Counted from the first letter of the stretch, positions 1 through 8,833 are shown. The stretch is 63,048 bases of DNA from Nanobdellota archaeon (GCA_018817405.1 JAHITZ010000042.1:1-63048); one strand, 5' to 3'. The notes: generated by a model from the letters alone, not told the origin. Program-made: numbers and translations.

Positions 1-187
1 TGATTGAAATGGAGCGGCAAACCAAGCCGATGGTAAAGATTTATGAATTCTCGATGCAACTTATTCTTGTGCTGATTTGCTAATAACATACACAAATCAG
101 CACTTCATATTTCAACTAATTTTCTATTCCGGATGGAGCCGAAAAATAGGAAAAATTTATAAACTATATATTTTAGTCATGATCACA

Positions 188-691
188 ATGGACTGTGAAG
201 ACGCACGAGATGATGGGGAAATAGGCCTTATGCGGACAGATACCACTGGACTCCCACGGACTAAAACCAGCAGATATCTTCTTGACGACGAAGGGGTTGT
301 TCTTGTAAAGCAGAAAATGTTAAAATGCAGAGAATTAGGGACAATAGATGCAAACTTTGCAGGAGAATGTCACCCGATTGAATTAGGTTTCATGAGCTAT
401 GGTGCATCAATTGATATTCCTTAGTATACAGAATTTAGGACGGCTAGAGATACAACAGGAACACCTCTTAGCAGCTGTTTCTTCTTTAAACAAGATGATA
501 ACATTCCCCTAAGTGCCTTCCTTTTTGTTAAAACACCATTAATGCGGTTAATAGGAAGAGATAGAAAAAGTTACAGCGTGCAAGCATATGTACGAAGCCC
601 AGCAAAAAGGATAATTCAGCCAGCTAGAGCAATAGTGGAAGAAATCTTGAGATACGAGGCCGAACGATCTCAAGAAGCACGCAGCGCATGA
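188..691 (+). pseudogene. Orphan gene interrupted by an in-frame TAG (422-424)
   Basis: The ORF MDCEDARD...IDIP stops at TAG 422-424, but the same frame stays open for 88 more codons (YTEFRTAR...QEARSA) to TGA 689-691; a TATA-like TTTATAAA lies ~25 nt upstream of the start. Confidence 0.55.
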
Positions 692-749
692 TAGGTTTAT
701 TTCCGGTTAATAGCAAATTTTAAAAACCCCCAATTTCATTAAGTTATAT

Positions 750-773
750 CTACTTCTAATCATTTAGAGGTAG
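750..773 (+). promoter_or_regulatory. 5' leader hairpin of the spt5-rpl11 operon
   Basis: CTACTTCTAA-TCAT-TTAGAGGTAG, a 10-bp stem (1 GU) directly upstream of the GGAG RBS. Confidence 0.45.
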
Positions 774-779
774 CGGAGC

Positions 780-1286
780 TTGAATAAGATGATATTTATT
801 ATTAAGGTTACGACGAATAAAGAAGAAAAGGCTGTTGAGATGATCAGCGACAGAGCTAAGAAAAAAGATTTGAATGTTTTCTCTGTTGTAAAACTGCATG
901 GTCTAAAAGGATACATGGTTTTGGAATCAGCTGATCGCGAGTCTGCTGAAGAAGCTGTGTTTAATCTGCCCTATGTCAAGGGGATTATCGGAAAGACTGT
1001 TCAGTACGAAGAAATAGAACAGATGTTAGAGCCAAAAGTTGAAGAAATGAACATTGAGATAAATGACATTGTTGAAATAATGGGACAGACATTTAAGGGT
1101 GAGCAAGCAAAAGTTACCAGAATTGACAAGCAGAAAGGTGAGGTTGTTGTTTCGCTTCTTGGAGCTTCAGTGCCTATCCCAGTTACAGTAAAAATAGATA
1201 ATATCAAAGTTATACGGCGTGAAAAGGAAGTGGGAGAAGAAGACGAAGAAATTAAAGAAGATGATTTCGAGGGGTTGGTGGGATGA
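780..1286 (+). CDS. spt5: Transcription elongation factor Spt5/NusG (probable start ATG 789)
   Basis: NGN domain (IFIIKVTTNKE, LKGYMVLE) plus KOW (DIVEIMGQTFKGEQAKVTRID); upstream of rpl11 as in archaea. Confidence 0.95.
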   Translation: MNKMIFIIKVTTNKEEKAVEMISDRAKKKDLNVFSVVKLHGLKGYMVLESADRESAEEAVFNLPYVKGIIGKTVQYEEIEQMLEPKVEEMNIEINDIVEIMGQTFKGEQAKVTRIDKQKGEVVVSLLGASVPIPVTVKIDNIKVIRREKEVGEEDEEIKEDDFEGLVG

Positions 1287-2002
1287 AAGTCAAACTAATT
1301 GTAGACGGCGGGAACATGAAACCTGGACCATCTGTATCGCAGCAGCTTGGGCCGATGGGAATAAACCTTGGAAAAGTAATTGAAGATGTGAATAAAGCGA
1401 CATCTGGATTTAAAGGAGTTAAAGTTCCGGTTGAACTGGATGTTGACACTAAGACAAAGACTTACACAATTGAAGTTTCTTCACCTCCTGTTGCAGAGCT
1501 AATTAAAAAAGAATTGAAATTGGAAAAGGCTTCTGGCGAAGCTGGGAAGAATTATGCAGGGAATATTGCGTTTGAAACTATTTTAGGGATTACAAAAACA
1601 AAACAGGATACTCTTCTTGCTAAGGATTTGAGGTCTGCTGTAAAACTTGTCGTTGGGACTTGTGTTTCAATGGGTGTTTTGATTGATAATAAAAACGGAA
1701 AAGAAATCGAGCAGGAGATTGAAGAAGGGAAATATGATGATACTATTCAGAATGAGAAAACATCTCCATCAGAAGAAAAGAAAAAAGAGTTAGAAGAATT
1801 CTGGAAGGAAATTTCAACAACGCAGGAGAAAACTAAGAAAGCTGCTGAAGCTGCTAAGGCTGAGGAGGAAGCTAAGAAGACTGAAGAGGCTGCTAGTGCA
1901 CCTGCAACTCCTGATGCTGGGGCTACTCCGGTTGCTGGTGCTGATACTGGTGCGAAGAAGGAAGAGCCTAAGAAAGAAGAGAAAGGGAAGAAGAAGAAAT
2001 AG
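1283..2002 (+). CDS. rpl11: 50S ribosomal protein L11 (uL11) with a low-complexity C-terminal tail
   Basis: VKLIVDGGNMKPGPSVSQQLGPMGIN, PPVAELIKKE and VGTCVSMGV motifs. Confidence 0.97.
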   Translation: MKVKLIVDGGNMKPGPSVSQQLGPMGINLGKVIEDVNKATSGFKGVKVPVELDVDTKTKTYTIEVSSPPVAELIKKELKLEKASGEAGKNYAGNIAFETILGITKTKQDTLLAKDLRSAVKLVVGTCVSMGVLIDNKNGKEIEQEIEEGKYDDTIQNEKTSPSEEKKKELEEFWKEISTTQEKTKKAAEAAKAEEEAKKTEEAASAPATPDAGATPVAGADTGAKKEEPKKEEKGKKKK

Positions 2003-2097
2003 TTTTTAGAAAAGTTTTTATAGAGGCATTTTCTAAGGGATTTATTACAAAACAGACCCTGAGACAATCTCTTGAAGGAAGGTTTTCAGCAGAAACT

Positions 2098-2400
2098 GTG
2101 GACTATTCTAGAACATGCAGAGAGGCTCTTGATAATGATTCTGATGTGGCAGAATTGACCGGGGATATGGTACCTTTACTTGGTACAGCAGCTTCGATAA
2201 TGGCTGCAGAAGTTTTTAGCAAATCTTCTCCTGATCGTGATTTTGAAATTACTAATCTTCCTGCTGGTACAATTTGTGATGATGTAAGAGGGGCTGTAAG
2301 AGAATATTTTTCTTCTAGAGATGAAGGTAACCAACCACCTTTTGTGACTGTAACTCCGTATAGGCAAGGATTTTTAGTTAGTGTACCAGAATTTAGCTGA
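2098..2400 (+). CDS. Hypothetical protein inserted between rpl11 and rpl1
   Basis: 100-aa ORF with a GTG start and no recognisable motif. Confidence 0.5.
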   Translation: MDYSRTCREALDNDSDVAELTGDMVPLLGTAASIMAAEVFSKSSPDRDFEITNLPAGTICDDVRGAVREYFSSRDEGNQPPFVTVTPYRQGFLVSVPEFS

Positions 2401-2447
2401 TGCGAAAACCTTAAATACCTTAATCCTCAAGATAAATTATCGTTAAA

Positions 2448-2494
2448 CTACTTCCTGGCGCGATATGTTCTATGCGCGCGCGGGTATGAAGTAG
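2448..2494 (+). promoter_or_regulatory. GC-rich 5' leader hairpin of rpl1
   Basis: CTACTTC (2448-2454) pairs with GAAGTAG (2488-2494), with an inner GCGCG/CGCGC stem; overlaps the AGGAG RBS. Confidence 0.5.
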
Positions 2495-2502
2495 GAGATA
2501 AA

Positions 2503-3117
2503 ATGGATATAAAGGAAGCATTAACAAAACTGAAAGAAGAAAAGAAACGCAAGTTTGACCAGACAGTAGATTTGATTATCAATCTTAAAGGGATAGATTT
2601 AAAGAGAGATCAGATGAATCTCGTTGTTACTTTGCCAAATAAGGTTAAGGAGAAAAAAGTTTGTGGGTTTCTTACACAGAAGTCAAAACTTGTGAAAACA
2701 ATCACAGAGCCAGAGTTCAAAAAGTATGGTGAGAAAAATGCTTTGAAGAAGTTGGTTAAGGAGTATGATTATTTTATTGCTGTTGGGAATTTGATGCCAA
2801 AAGTTGCGACAAACTTTGGCAAGGTCCTTGGTCCTGTGGGCAAAATGCCTTCTCCTCAATTAGGGGTTATAATGCAAGAAAGTGAACAAGCAATAAAAGA
2901 AACTCTTGATAAAATTTCTACTTCTTTGAAAATCAGATTGAAGGAAGCCAGCTTTAAGTTTGTTGTCGGAAAGGAAAGTATGGACTCTGAAAAGGTAATT
3001 GAAAACATCAAGTCAGTTTACAAATCAATTGAAAATGCTTTGCCAAAGAAAAAAGAGAATGTTAAGAATGTTATGTTAAAGTTGAGCATGAGTAAACCGA
3101 TGAGGGTGGAAGTGTAA
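2503..3117 (+). CDS. rpl1: 50S ribosomal protein L1 (uL1)
   Basis: KRKFDQTVDLIINLKGID and FGKVLGPVGKMP motifs. Confidence 0.97.
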   Translation: MDIKEALTKLKEEKKRKFDQTVDLIINLKGIDLKRDQMNLVVTLPNKVKEKKVCGFLTQKSKLVKTITEPEFKKYGEKNALKKLVKEYDYFIAVGNLMPKVATNFGKVLGPVGKMPSPQLGVIMQESEQAIKETLDKISTSLKIRLKEASFKFVVGKESMDSEKVIENIKSVYKSIENALPKKKENVKNVMLKLSMSKPMRVEV

Positions 3118-3118
3118 G

Positions 3119-4102
3119 ATGGCGGAAAAAGAAAAACCAATCAGAGAAAAATCAATACCTGATTACAAAAAAGACCTTGTTGTTGAAATAGCTAACAAAA
3201 TAAAATCAAACAGAACTGTTCTTGTAGCCTCAACAAAAAGTTTGCCTGCTTCGCAGTTTCAGAAAATAAAAAAAAGTTTGAGAGGAAAGGTTGAGATTAT
3301 AGTTGCTAAAAAATCTATAATTTTGAGGTCGATATCTGGAATAGAGAAAGGAGCCTTACAAAATCTCAAGAAGCAGGTTGGCGCAGATGTCTGCTTGATT
3401 TTTTCTGATGTGGGCGCGTTTGAACTTTCTGCTTTGTTGGGTGATAATCAAAGTGCAGCGAAAGCTAAGGCAAGAGACATTGCTCCTTTAGATATTAATA
3501 TTGAAGCTGGTCCAACTGACTTGATACCTGGCCCGGCAATTTCAGAACTTGGAAGTGTGGGGCTGAAGGTAACAGTTGAAAACGGAAAATTAACAATAAA
3601 ACAAGGAGCAACAATTGTTAAAGAAGGAGAAATTATCAAAGAGAACGTTGCAAATGTCATGGGCAAGTTAAATATTACACCCATGAAAGTTGGTTTTATT
3701 CCCATTGCAGCTTATGATGCTGAAGATGATACTGTTTATACAGAAATTAAAATTGATAAAGAAGGAGCCTTGCAAGAATTGAGAGAATCTGTTGGGAAAG
3801 CATTTGGTTTTGCTGTGGGCGTTTACTATGTTGTGAAAGAAACTGTTAAGTACTTTATTTCAAAAGCTGGGAAGGAGGAGAATGCTTTGGAGAAGAAGGT
3901 TGGGGGGAAAGGAGAAGATGAGGGTGAAAAGAATGCGGACGGTGGGGAGAGGGGTGGTGAGAAGAAGGAAGATAAAGAAGGCGATGAGAAAGAAGAAAAG
4001 ACGCCGGAGAGCGAGGGCGTGGAGGAAAAAGGTGGGGAAAAATCAGCTAAAAAGAAAAAGGAAGAAGAAAATTCTGAAGAAAGTAAGGAGAAAGAAAAAT
4101 GA
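3119..4102 (+). CDS. rpl10: 50S ribosomal protein L10/P0 (uL10)
   Basis: IPDYKK, IAPLDINIEAGPTDLIPGPAISEL and LNITPMKVG motifs; charged E/K tail. Confidence 0.96.
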   Translation: MAEKEKPIREKSIPDYKKDLVVEIANKIKSNRTVLVASTKSLPASQFQKIKKSLRGKVEIIVAKKSIILRSISGIEKGALQNLKKQVGADVCLIFSDVGAFELSALLGDNQSAAKAKARDIAPLDINIEAGPTDLIPGPAISELGSVGLKVTVENGKLTIKQGATIVKEGEIIKENVANVMGKLNITPMKVGFIPIAAYDAEDDTVYTEIKIDKEGALQELRESVGKAFGFAVGVYYVVKETVKYFISKAGKEENALEKKVGGKGEDEGEKNADGGERGGEKKEDKEGDEKEEKTPESEGVEEKGGEKSAKKKKEEENSEESKEKEK

Positions 4103-4317
4103 CTAACGAAGATCAATTAAGGGAACTTGACGCACAGTTTACAACTGAGTTAACAGCAAGAAATTATTTAAAAGCAAATGATATTAATAATTCTAGATTG
4201 ATGTTATCTTCTCAAGGACCTGTTGAAGTTAGCAGATTGGTTAGATATTACAAAGCTAGGGCGCAAGACCTTGCTGAAATTCTTGCTCAAAAAAATACAA
4301 GGGAGGGAAGTCAATAA
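4099..4317 (+). CDS. Hypothetical 72-aa protein inserted between rpl10 and rpl12
   Basis: ATGA overlap with the rpl10 stop and TAATG overlap with the rpl12 start (translational coupling on both sides). Confidence 0.65.
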   Translation: MTNEDQLRELDAQFTTELTARNYLKANDINNSRLMLSSQGPVEVSRLVRYYKARAQDLAEILAQKNTREGSQ

Positions 4318-4601
4318 TGGAATATATTTATGGAGCTTTGTTGTTGCATAAGCTTGGACAGCCAGTTAACGAGGACAACTTGAAAAAAGTTATAGCTGCG
4401 ACTGGCGCGCAGATTGATGAAGCGAAAGTTAAAACACTTATAGCGAGCTTGCAAGGCGTTGACATTGCGGCAGAACTTGAAAACGCGAGTGTGTTAGCAG
4501 CAGCACCTGCACAAGTAGGAGAGGCAGCACCAAAGAAAGAAGAAAAGAAAGAAGAAAAGCCAAGCGAATCAGCTGCTGGTTTATCAGCACTCTTCGGTTA
4601 A
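4317..4601 (+). CDS. rpl12: 50S ribosomal protein L12/P1
   Basis: MEYIYGALLLH N-terminus and AAGLSALFG C-terminus. Confidence 0.98.
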   Translation: MEYIYGALLLHKLGQPVNEDNLKKVIAATGAQIDEAKVKTLIASLQGVDIAAELENASVLAAAPAQVGEAAPKKEEKKEEKPSESAAGLSALFG

Positions 4602-4756
4602 ACTTTTAATTGTTTTTTATTTTACCAACAAGGTACGTTTACTTAAATCTATTCTTAAGAATGTTAACTAAAGAGGTTTATTTTAAGAGGGGAGTTAAGA
4701 ATTATTATTTCTAAATATCTATGTTGAGATATAATAAACCATTTAAATGAGATTAT

Positions 4757-5026
4757 TTGATTATACGTATGAAAACACGAGATGATAAATATACTCCTTT
4801 AGACAGAAGGGGAGAGGGAGATAGTTTTTTAGGATTTATGAGGGAAGATAGAATAGAAGATAAATTAAGAACGAAAGAAATGGTTGGTTTTATTGGATAT
4901 CTAGCTATTTTGGCAGTAGGTGGGGCTTGTTTTTTGTATAGTCTTAAAGCAAGTGACCAAAGCCAAGACTCAATTCTTTCAGAAAGACAGACAGTTCTGG
5001 AACATGATGTGAAGAGAGATAGATAA
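4757..5026 (+). CDS. Hypothetical single-pass membrane protein (probable start ATG 4769)
   Basis: One hydrophobic segment, MVGFIGYLAILAVGGACFLYSL. Confidence 0.5.
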   Translation: MIIRMKTRDDKYTPLDRRGEGDSFLGFMREDRIEDKLRTKEMVGFIGYLAILAVGGACFLYSLKASDQSQDSILSERQTVLEHDVKRDR

Positions 5027-5350
5027 CATTAAATATTTAAAGTGATTCTATATTTTTAGAACCAAAAAAAGTTTATAAATTTGCAACTTCTGTATTCTAC
5101 CTATAAAATAGAAACGGATAATTATCAACCTGATTACTTGAATGGGAGAATGTATCTTTTAAAAGAAGGGAGGATGTGTTAGAATAGAATCTAACGGAGA
5201 CGATTGTTATACAATGTATCTCTCAAGACCTAAATTTGTGAAATGGAGGCAAGTGGTGAAGCGAGAGGATGCAAGAGGTTTATTGAGACAGATGGGTGCT
5301 GAGTTTAATTCTAAAAGTTTATAAGTTGTTAAAACTCTGAATATTTGTAT

Positions 5351-5434
5351 GCCAGCGTGGCGGAGTGGTCTAACGCGTCGGTCTTGAAAACCGATTCCCT
5401 CACGGGAGCAGAGGTTCGAATCCTCTCGCTGGCG
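5351..5434 (+). tRNA. tRNA-Ser(UGA)
   Basis: Acceptor GCCAGCG/CGCTGGC, D-loop GAGTGGTCTAA, anticodon arm TCGGT-CTTGAAA-ACCGA, long variable arm, T-arm AGAGG-TTCGAAT-CCTCT, discriminator G; upstream TTTATAA box. Confidence 0.97.
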
Positions 5435-5524
5435 TCAAGGATTCGAAGGGTCAGGCGGTGGAAGGTTCGACGAGCTTTGAGATTCTGGCTAATGTTTATC
5501 AACTTCAGAAGTTCAAAGCGAGCA

Positions 5525-5537
5525 CTCTCGCTGGCGT
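5525..5537 (+). repeat. Direct repeat of the tRNA-Ser 3' end (att-like)
   Basis: CTCTCGCTGGCGT occurs identically at 5423-5435 and 5525-5537. Confidence 0.75.
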
Positions 5538-5612
5538 TGTAAGAAACCTTATCGGTTTCCGTCAAGAACTGAAAGTTCTTGAGGAAAAAAGTTGTACGCA
5601 TCAAAAAACTAT

Positions 5613-5857
5613 AAATGAACAACCCCTCCCTAAAGGACGAGGTATCAGGAACTAAAACAAAAATGTTAACAGACACACAAAATCCACAAAGAAAAGATTT
5701 AATATTTAATTACGTCAAGAACCAAAGATTCTTGAGCGCATCCAAGAATCGCATTATTTGGGATTCTTGGTGTCTTAGATTTATTGATTATCAATTAAAT
5801 TTTGAGGACCCAATTCCTCGCTCTGCTTTAGAGTGGAAGTATCCTTGCCGTTGATAT
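5613..5857 (+). mobile_element. Non-autonomous IS200/IS605-like mini-element (PATE/MITE-like), copy A
   Basis: Left ATGAACAACCCCTCCCTAAAGGACGAGGTATC and right CAATTCCTCGCTCTGCTTTAGAGTGGAAGTATCCTTG resemble the subterminal hairpins of IS200/IS605 elements; no transposase inside. Confidence 0.6.
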
Positions 5858-5899
5858 AATAAATTTGCTCTGCAAATCTTGTTCACTTTACAATGCTAC

Positions 5900-6229
5900 T
5901 CAGGGCTGGTTCTTGCCAAAAAACCTTTTCCAGCCCCTCTTCTTTTCCTCAACTTTTGGTTCATCTTCAACCACCTCATACTTTATCTCTGGCTTTGTTT
6001 TTAGAATTGGGGCAGATTCAGCCATTTCTAAATCAACGCGGTTCAATGCTTTTTCAATTTCTATTTTTGAGTAGCCCTGATTAATCAAAGCCCAACGCAA
6101 TGATTCTTTTGTGTATCCTTTTTTTAAATTCCTTTTTATATAGTTAATTAATTCTTTCATCAAATTTCTTTTTTTGAACATTTGATTATTTGACAAGAGG
6201 AATATATAAAGTTTCGTTAATAGATTCAC
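5900..6229 (-). CDS. Small conserved-type DPANN hypothetical protein (probable start 6181 or 6160)
   Basis: Helical module LINYIKRNLKKGYTKESLRWALINQGYSKIEIEKAL; a similar module is present in 32643..33032. Confidence 0.7.
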   Translation of the reverse strand: MNLLTKLYIFLLSNNQMFKKRNLMKELINYIKRNLKKGYTKESLRWALINQGYSKIEIEKALNRVDLEMAESAPILKTKPEIKYEVVEDEPKVEEKKRGWKRFFGKNQP

Positions 6230-6322
6230 TAATATCCAACCACCAATTAGATTATCATAAAACCAGATTACTTGAGTGAAGGATTACTTGTGGGGATTTC
6301 TTGTTGAAGGGTTTACTTAATA

Positions 6323-7795
6323 TCAAGATAAGATTATAGGTCTTGTTTGCCTGTAAAATTTAATTCCTGCGTTGAGCTTTTTCTTTGACTCCGAGTAGAG
6401 AGTTAAAAGTTTTTCTCCTTTTTTTATCTTGTCATTTACATGCTTGTAAAGATATAACCCTGCTGCTTTGTCTGTCGGGCAACCAAGTATTCTGGCTAGA
6501 TGGTTAATTAACTTGTTATCTGTTGATTTTACTTTTCCTGAATGTTTTCCGAGGATATTGTGTTTAAACTTTGCAAGTTTTAATGTTTTTTTCTTTTTCC
6601 CCTGGGCAGAAATGATTTCTTCAAATTTTTTTAATGCTCTTCCAGAATCTAAAATTTTCTCTGCCATTTCTTTTCCTTTTCCTTTTTTTGCTTTTTTAGT
6701 CATTTCAAGAAGGTGTGATGCAAGAAGGATTGATTTTTTTTCTAAATCAAGGGGTCTTCCATGTTTTCTTTTCAAAATTTTGTAAACATCAATCATCTCT
6801 AAAACAGGACCAACTGCATTTCCAATTGGCTGAAAACCAGGAGTTAAAACAACTTTGAGATTTAATTTAAAATGATTAGAAATTTTTAGAAAATGTTGTT
6901 TTAGTTTTTTTGCTTGTGCAAAACTGACTTTTGCCCCTTTGCCGTATGGAACGTCCAGCAAAATGAATTTGCTTCCGGTTGCAATTTTTTTTGATAAAAT
7001 TGAAGCAATGAGCTGTGGTTCTGGGTCAAGGTTAAGCATTTTTTCTACTCTTATTAATTTGTCGTCTGCTGGAGCTAATCCGAGAGAGCCGCCCCATGCA
7101 AGGCAAGCATTGGTTTTGCGTACAACTTTTTGTAAATCATATACTGATAAAGAGATATTTGTTACAGCTTCCATGACGTCGGCTGTAGCGGCGGCAGTTG
7201 TTATTGCTCTTGATGAAGTTTTTGGTATTGTAATACCTGCTGCAGCGCATATTGCTACGACTAGGGGTGTTGTTCTATTCCCAGGAATTCCTCCTATTGA
7301 ATGTTTGTCTGCAATTTTCTTTTCTTTCCATTTTAGTATTTGTCCTGTATGTGCCATTGCCTCAGTTAAGTAGATTATTTCTTTAACTGACATTCCATTG
7401 TGATACACGCCCGTAACGAAATAAGCAATCTCAGCCTCGTTTAAAGCATTGTTTACAATATCTTCTATTATCACATGAATTTCTTTTTTGGATAATTCAA
7501 GATTATTTACTTTTTTGAGAATAAATCTCGTGCTTCTTGGTTCCAACGCAACTGAAATTTCTATTTTTTCCCCTTTTTTAATTTTAAAATTAGAGATTGC
7601 TTCTTCTGAGAGAGAAATCTCTTTTTCTGAGAGTAATTTTTTTATAATGTTAACAGAGAGGATTAGTTTTGTGCCTTTGTGAGATATCTCTATCCTGCTT
7701 CCCTCAATGATATTCAATTTTTTAGCAAATTTTCCGTTGATAAATGCTATTGGCCGACCAGCTTCAAGATGCATTGGCTTGAATTTTAGTTTCAT
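6323..7795 (-). CDS. deoA: AMP phosphorylase (thymidine phosphorylase family)
   Basis: DKHSIGGIPGNRTT, PKTSSRAIT, WGGSLGLAPADD and IGNAVGPVLE motifs; archaeal N-terminal barrel domain. Confidence 0.93.
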   Translation of the reverse strand: MKLKFKPMHLEAGRPIAFINGKFAKKLNIIEGSRIEISHKGTKLILSVNIIKKLLSEKEISLSEEAISNFKIKKGEKIEISVALEPRSTRFILKKVNNLELSKKEIHVIIEDIVNNALNEAEIAYFVTGVYHNGMSVKEIIYLTEAMAHTGQILKWKEKKIADKHSIGGIPGNRTTPLVVAICAAAGITIPKTSSRAITTAAATADVMEAVTNISLSVYDLQKVVRKTNACLAWGGSLGLAPADDKLIRVEKMLNLDPEPQLIASILSKKIATGSKFILLDVPYGKGAKVSFAQAKKLKQHFLKISNHFKLNLKVVLTPGFQPIGNAVGPVLEMIDVYKILKRKHGRPLDLEKKSILLASHLLEMTKKAKKGKGKEMAEKILDSGRALKKFEEIISAQGKKKKTLKLAKFKHNILGKHSGKVKSTDNKLINHLARILGCPTDKAAGLYLYKHVNDKIKKGEKLLTLYSESKKKLNAGIKFYRQTRPIILS

Positions 7796-7844
7796 TTTTT
7801 TGTGGATTTGAAAGGAGGGTTGGCTTAAAAAACGTTTTCTTTTT

Positions 7845-7947
7845 GTTAAATCAAGTTTCCGATTGAACAGGGATTTGAGAATGAATACATGATTACATCT
7901 TTAATATTATCCAACCCCTCTAATTATTAATAATAAATCTGTCCTGT
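7845..7947. repeat. Dispersed intergenic repeat, copy 1 of 3
   Basis: Invariant cores GATTTGAGAATGAATACA and ATTATTAATAATAAATCT are shared with 8834-8936 and 32449-32556. Confidence 0.85.
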
Positions 7948-8030
7948 GGATTCACCGAATCTCTCCTACATCCAACTAAAAGGAGTATATTCTACTTCTA
8001 TAAATTTATTACAACAATGATTATAAACTT

Positions 8031-8609
8031 TTGAAGTTATTGTTTTGTATGAGAGTAAGAGAGACAAATAAAAAAGATATTGAAGAGAAGTTTTTGGAAA
8101 TGAGTGAGTATATGAGTATGGATTACCTTGCTAGTTGCCTAAAGAATCATCTTGACTTTGATACGAGAAAGTTTGTTTTGGTCAAACTGTCTGGGCTTTT
8201 TGAAGCAAAGGCGATGTTTTTAGATGCCGCTAAAGCAATGAAATCTGCTGCAGAGATTAACACAAATAAGCAAAATAAGATTAATGATTTTACTAAATCT
8301 GGAGAGCTTTTTATCCGTGGAGGAGATTACGACAGAGCAGATATTTGCATGAAAAAAGCAACCTCGCTTGCTGAGGGAAAACAAACCGAAGAAGTAAAGG
8401 GAATGATAAAAGAGTTTTATAAAACTCACGCAAGAAGTTGTATTGAAAGAAACAAAAGAAAACAAGCAATTGCAATTTATGAAAAACTTGTAACTTTTGA
8501 TCTTGTTGAAGAAGAGAAAAAAGAATTTGAAAAAAAACTCCTTGAACTGTATGAAGGTGTTGGTGACTTAGACAGGTACAAGAAGTTGCAGAGACGGATT
8601 TCTAATTAA
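8031..8609 (+). CDS. Hypothetical alpha-helical (TPR/SNAP-like) protein (probable start ATG 8049)
   Basis: Helical-repeat pattern such as SGELFIRGGDYDRADICMKKA and QAIAIYEKL. Confidence 0.75.
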   Translation: MKLLFCMRVRETNKKDIEEKFLEMSEYMSMDYLASCLKNHLDFDTRKFVLVKLSGLFEAKAMFLDAAKAMKSAAEINTNKQNKINDFTKSGELFIRGGDYDRADICMKKATSLAEGKQTEEVKGMIKEFYKTHARSCIERNKRKQAIAIYEKLVTFDLVEEEKKEFEKKLLELYEGVGDLDRYKKLQRRISN

Positions 8610-8618
8610 AAATAAATA

Positions 8619-8634
8619 AACCTCCGAAGAGGTT
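8619..8634 (-). terminator. Hairpin terminator with a cUUCGg loop
   Basis: Minus strand AACCTC-TTCG-GAGGTT followed by a T-rich tract, just after the small ORF 8643-8753 and between convergent genes. Confidence 0.6.
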
Positions 8635-8642
8635 AAAAAAGA

Positions 8643-8753
8643 TTAATCGCCTATAGAAGAATCAAGCCCGTCAATAAGGTCTTCAACTTCAAAGTCGAAT
8701 TCTTCTTCAGGCATTGCCTCAGGGTTTTTCTCTTCTAACACCTTTTTTACCAT
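8643..8753 (-). CDS. Small acidic protein, 36 aa (MVKKVLEEKNPEAMPEEEFDFEVEDLIDGLDSSIGD)
   Basis: Not in the ORF track; GAGG RBS just upstream, TTTAAA box further upstream, UUCG terminator downstream. Confidence 0.6.
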   Translation of the reverse strand: MVKKVLEEKNPEAMPEEEFDFEVEDLIDGLDSSIGD

Positions 8754-8833
8754 TTTCCTCTTTTTCTTTTTTCTGCATCTTAAAGTATTTAAAGTTTGCC
8801 TCTTGATAATTAAACGCACGTTTTGAGAAGACT

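Noticed and set aside
5329-5676. ORFs 5329..5676, 5345..5542 and 5458..5655
   Set aside because: They overlap tRNA-Ser and its downstream repeat; shadow ORFs
5615-5854. 79-aa ORF MNNPSLKDEV...
   Set aside because: Its ends are translations of the IS200/IS605-like terminal hairpins, so it is treated as part of the mini-element
5120-6280. Short similarity AACCTGATTACTTGAATG (~5127) versus AACCAGATTACTTGAGTG (~6261)
   Set aside because: Only 16 of 18 bases match in two copies, with no structure; too weak to call
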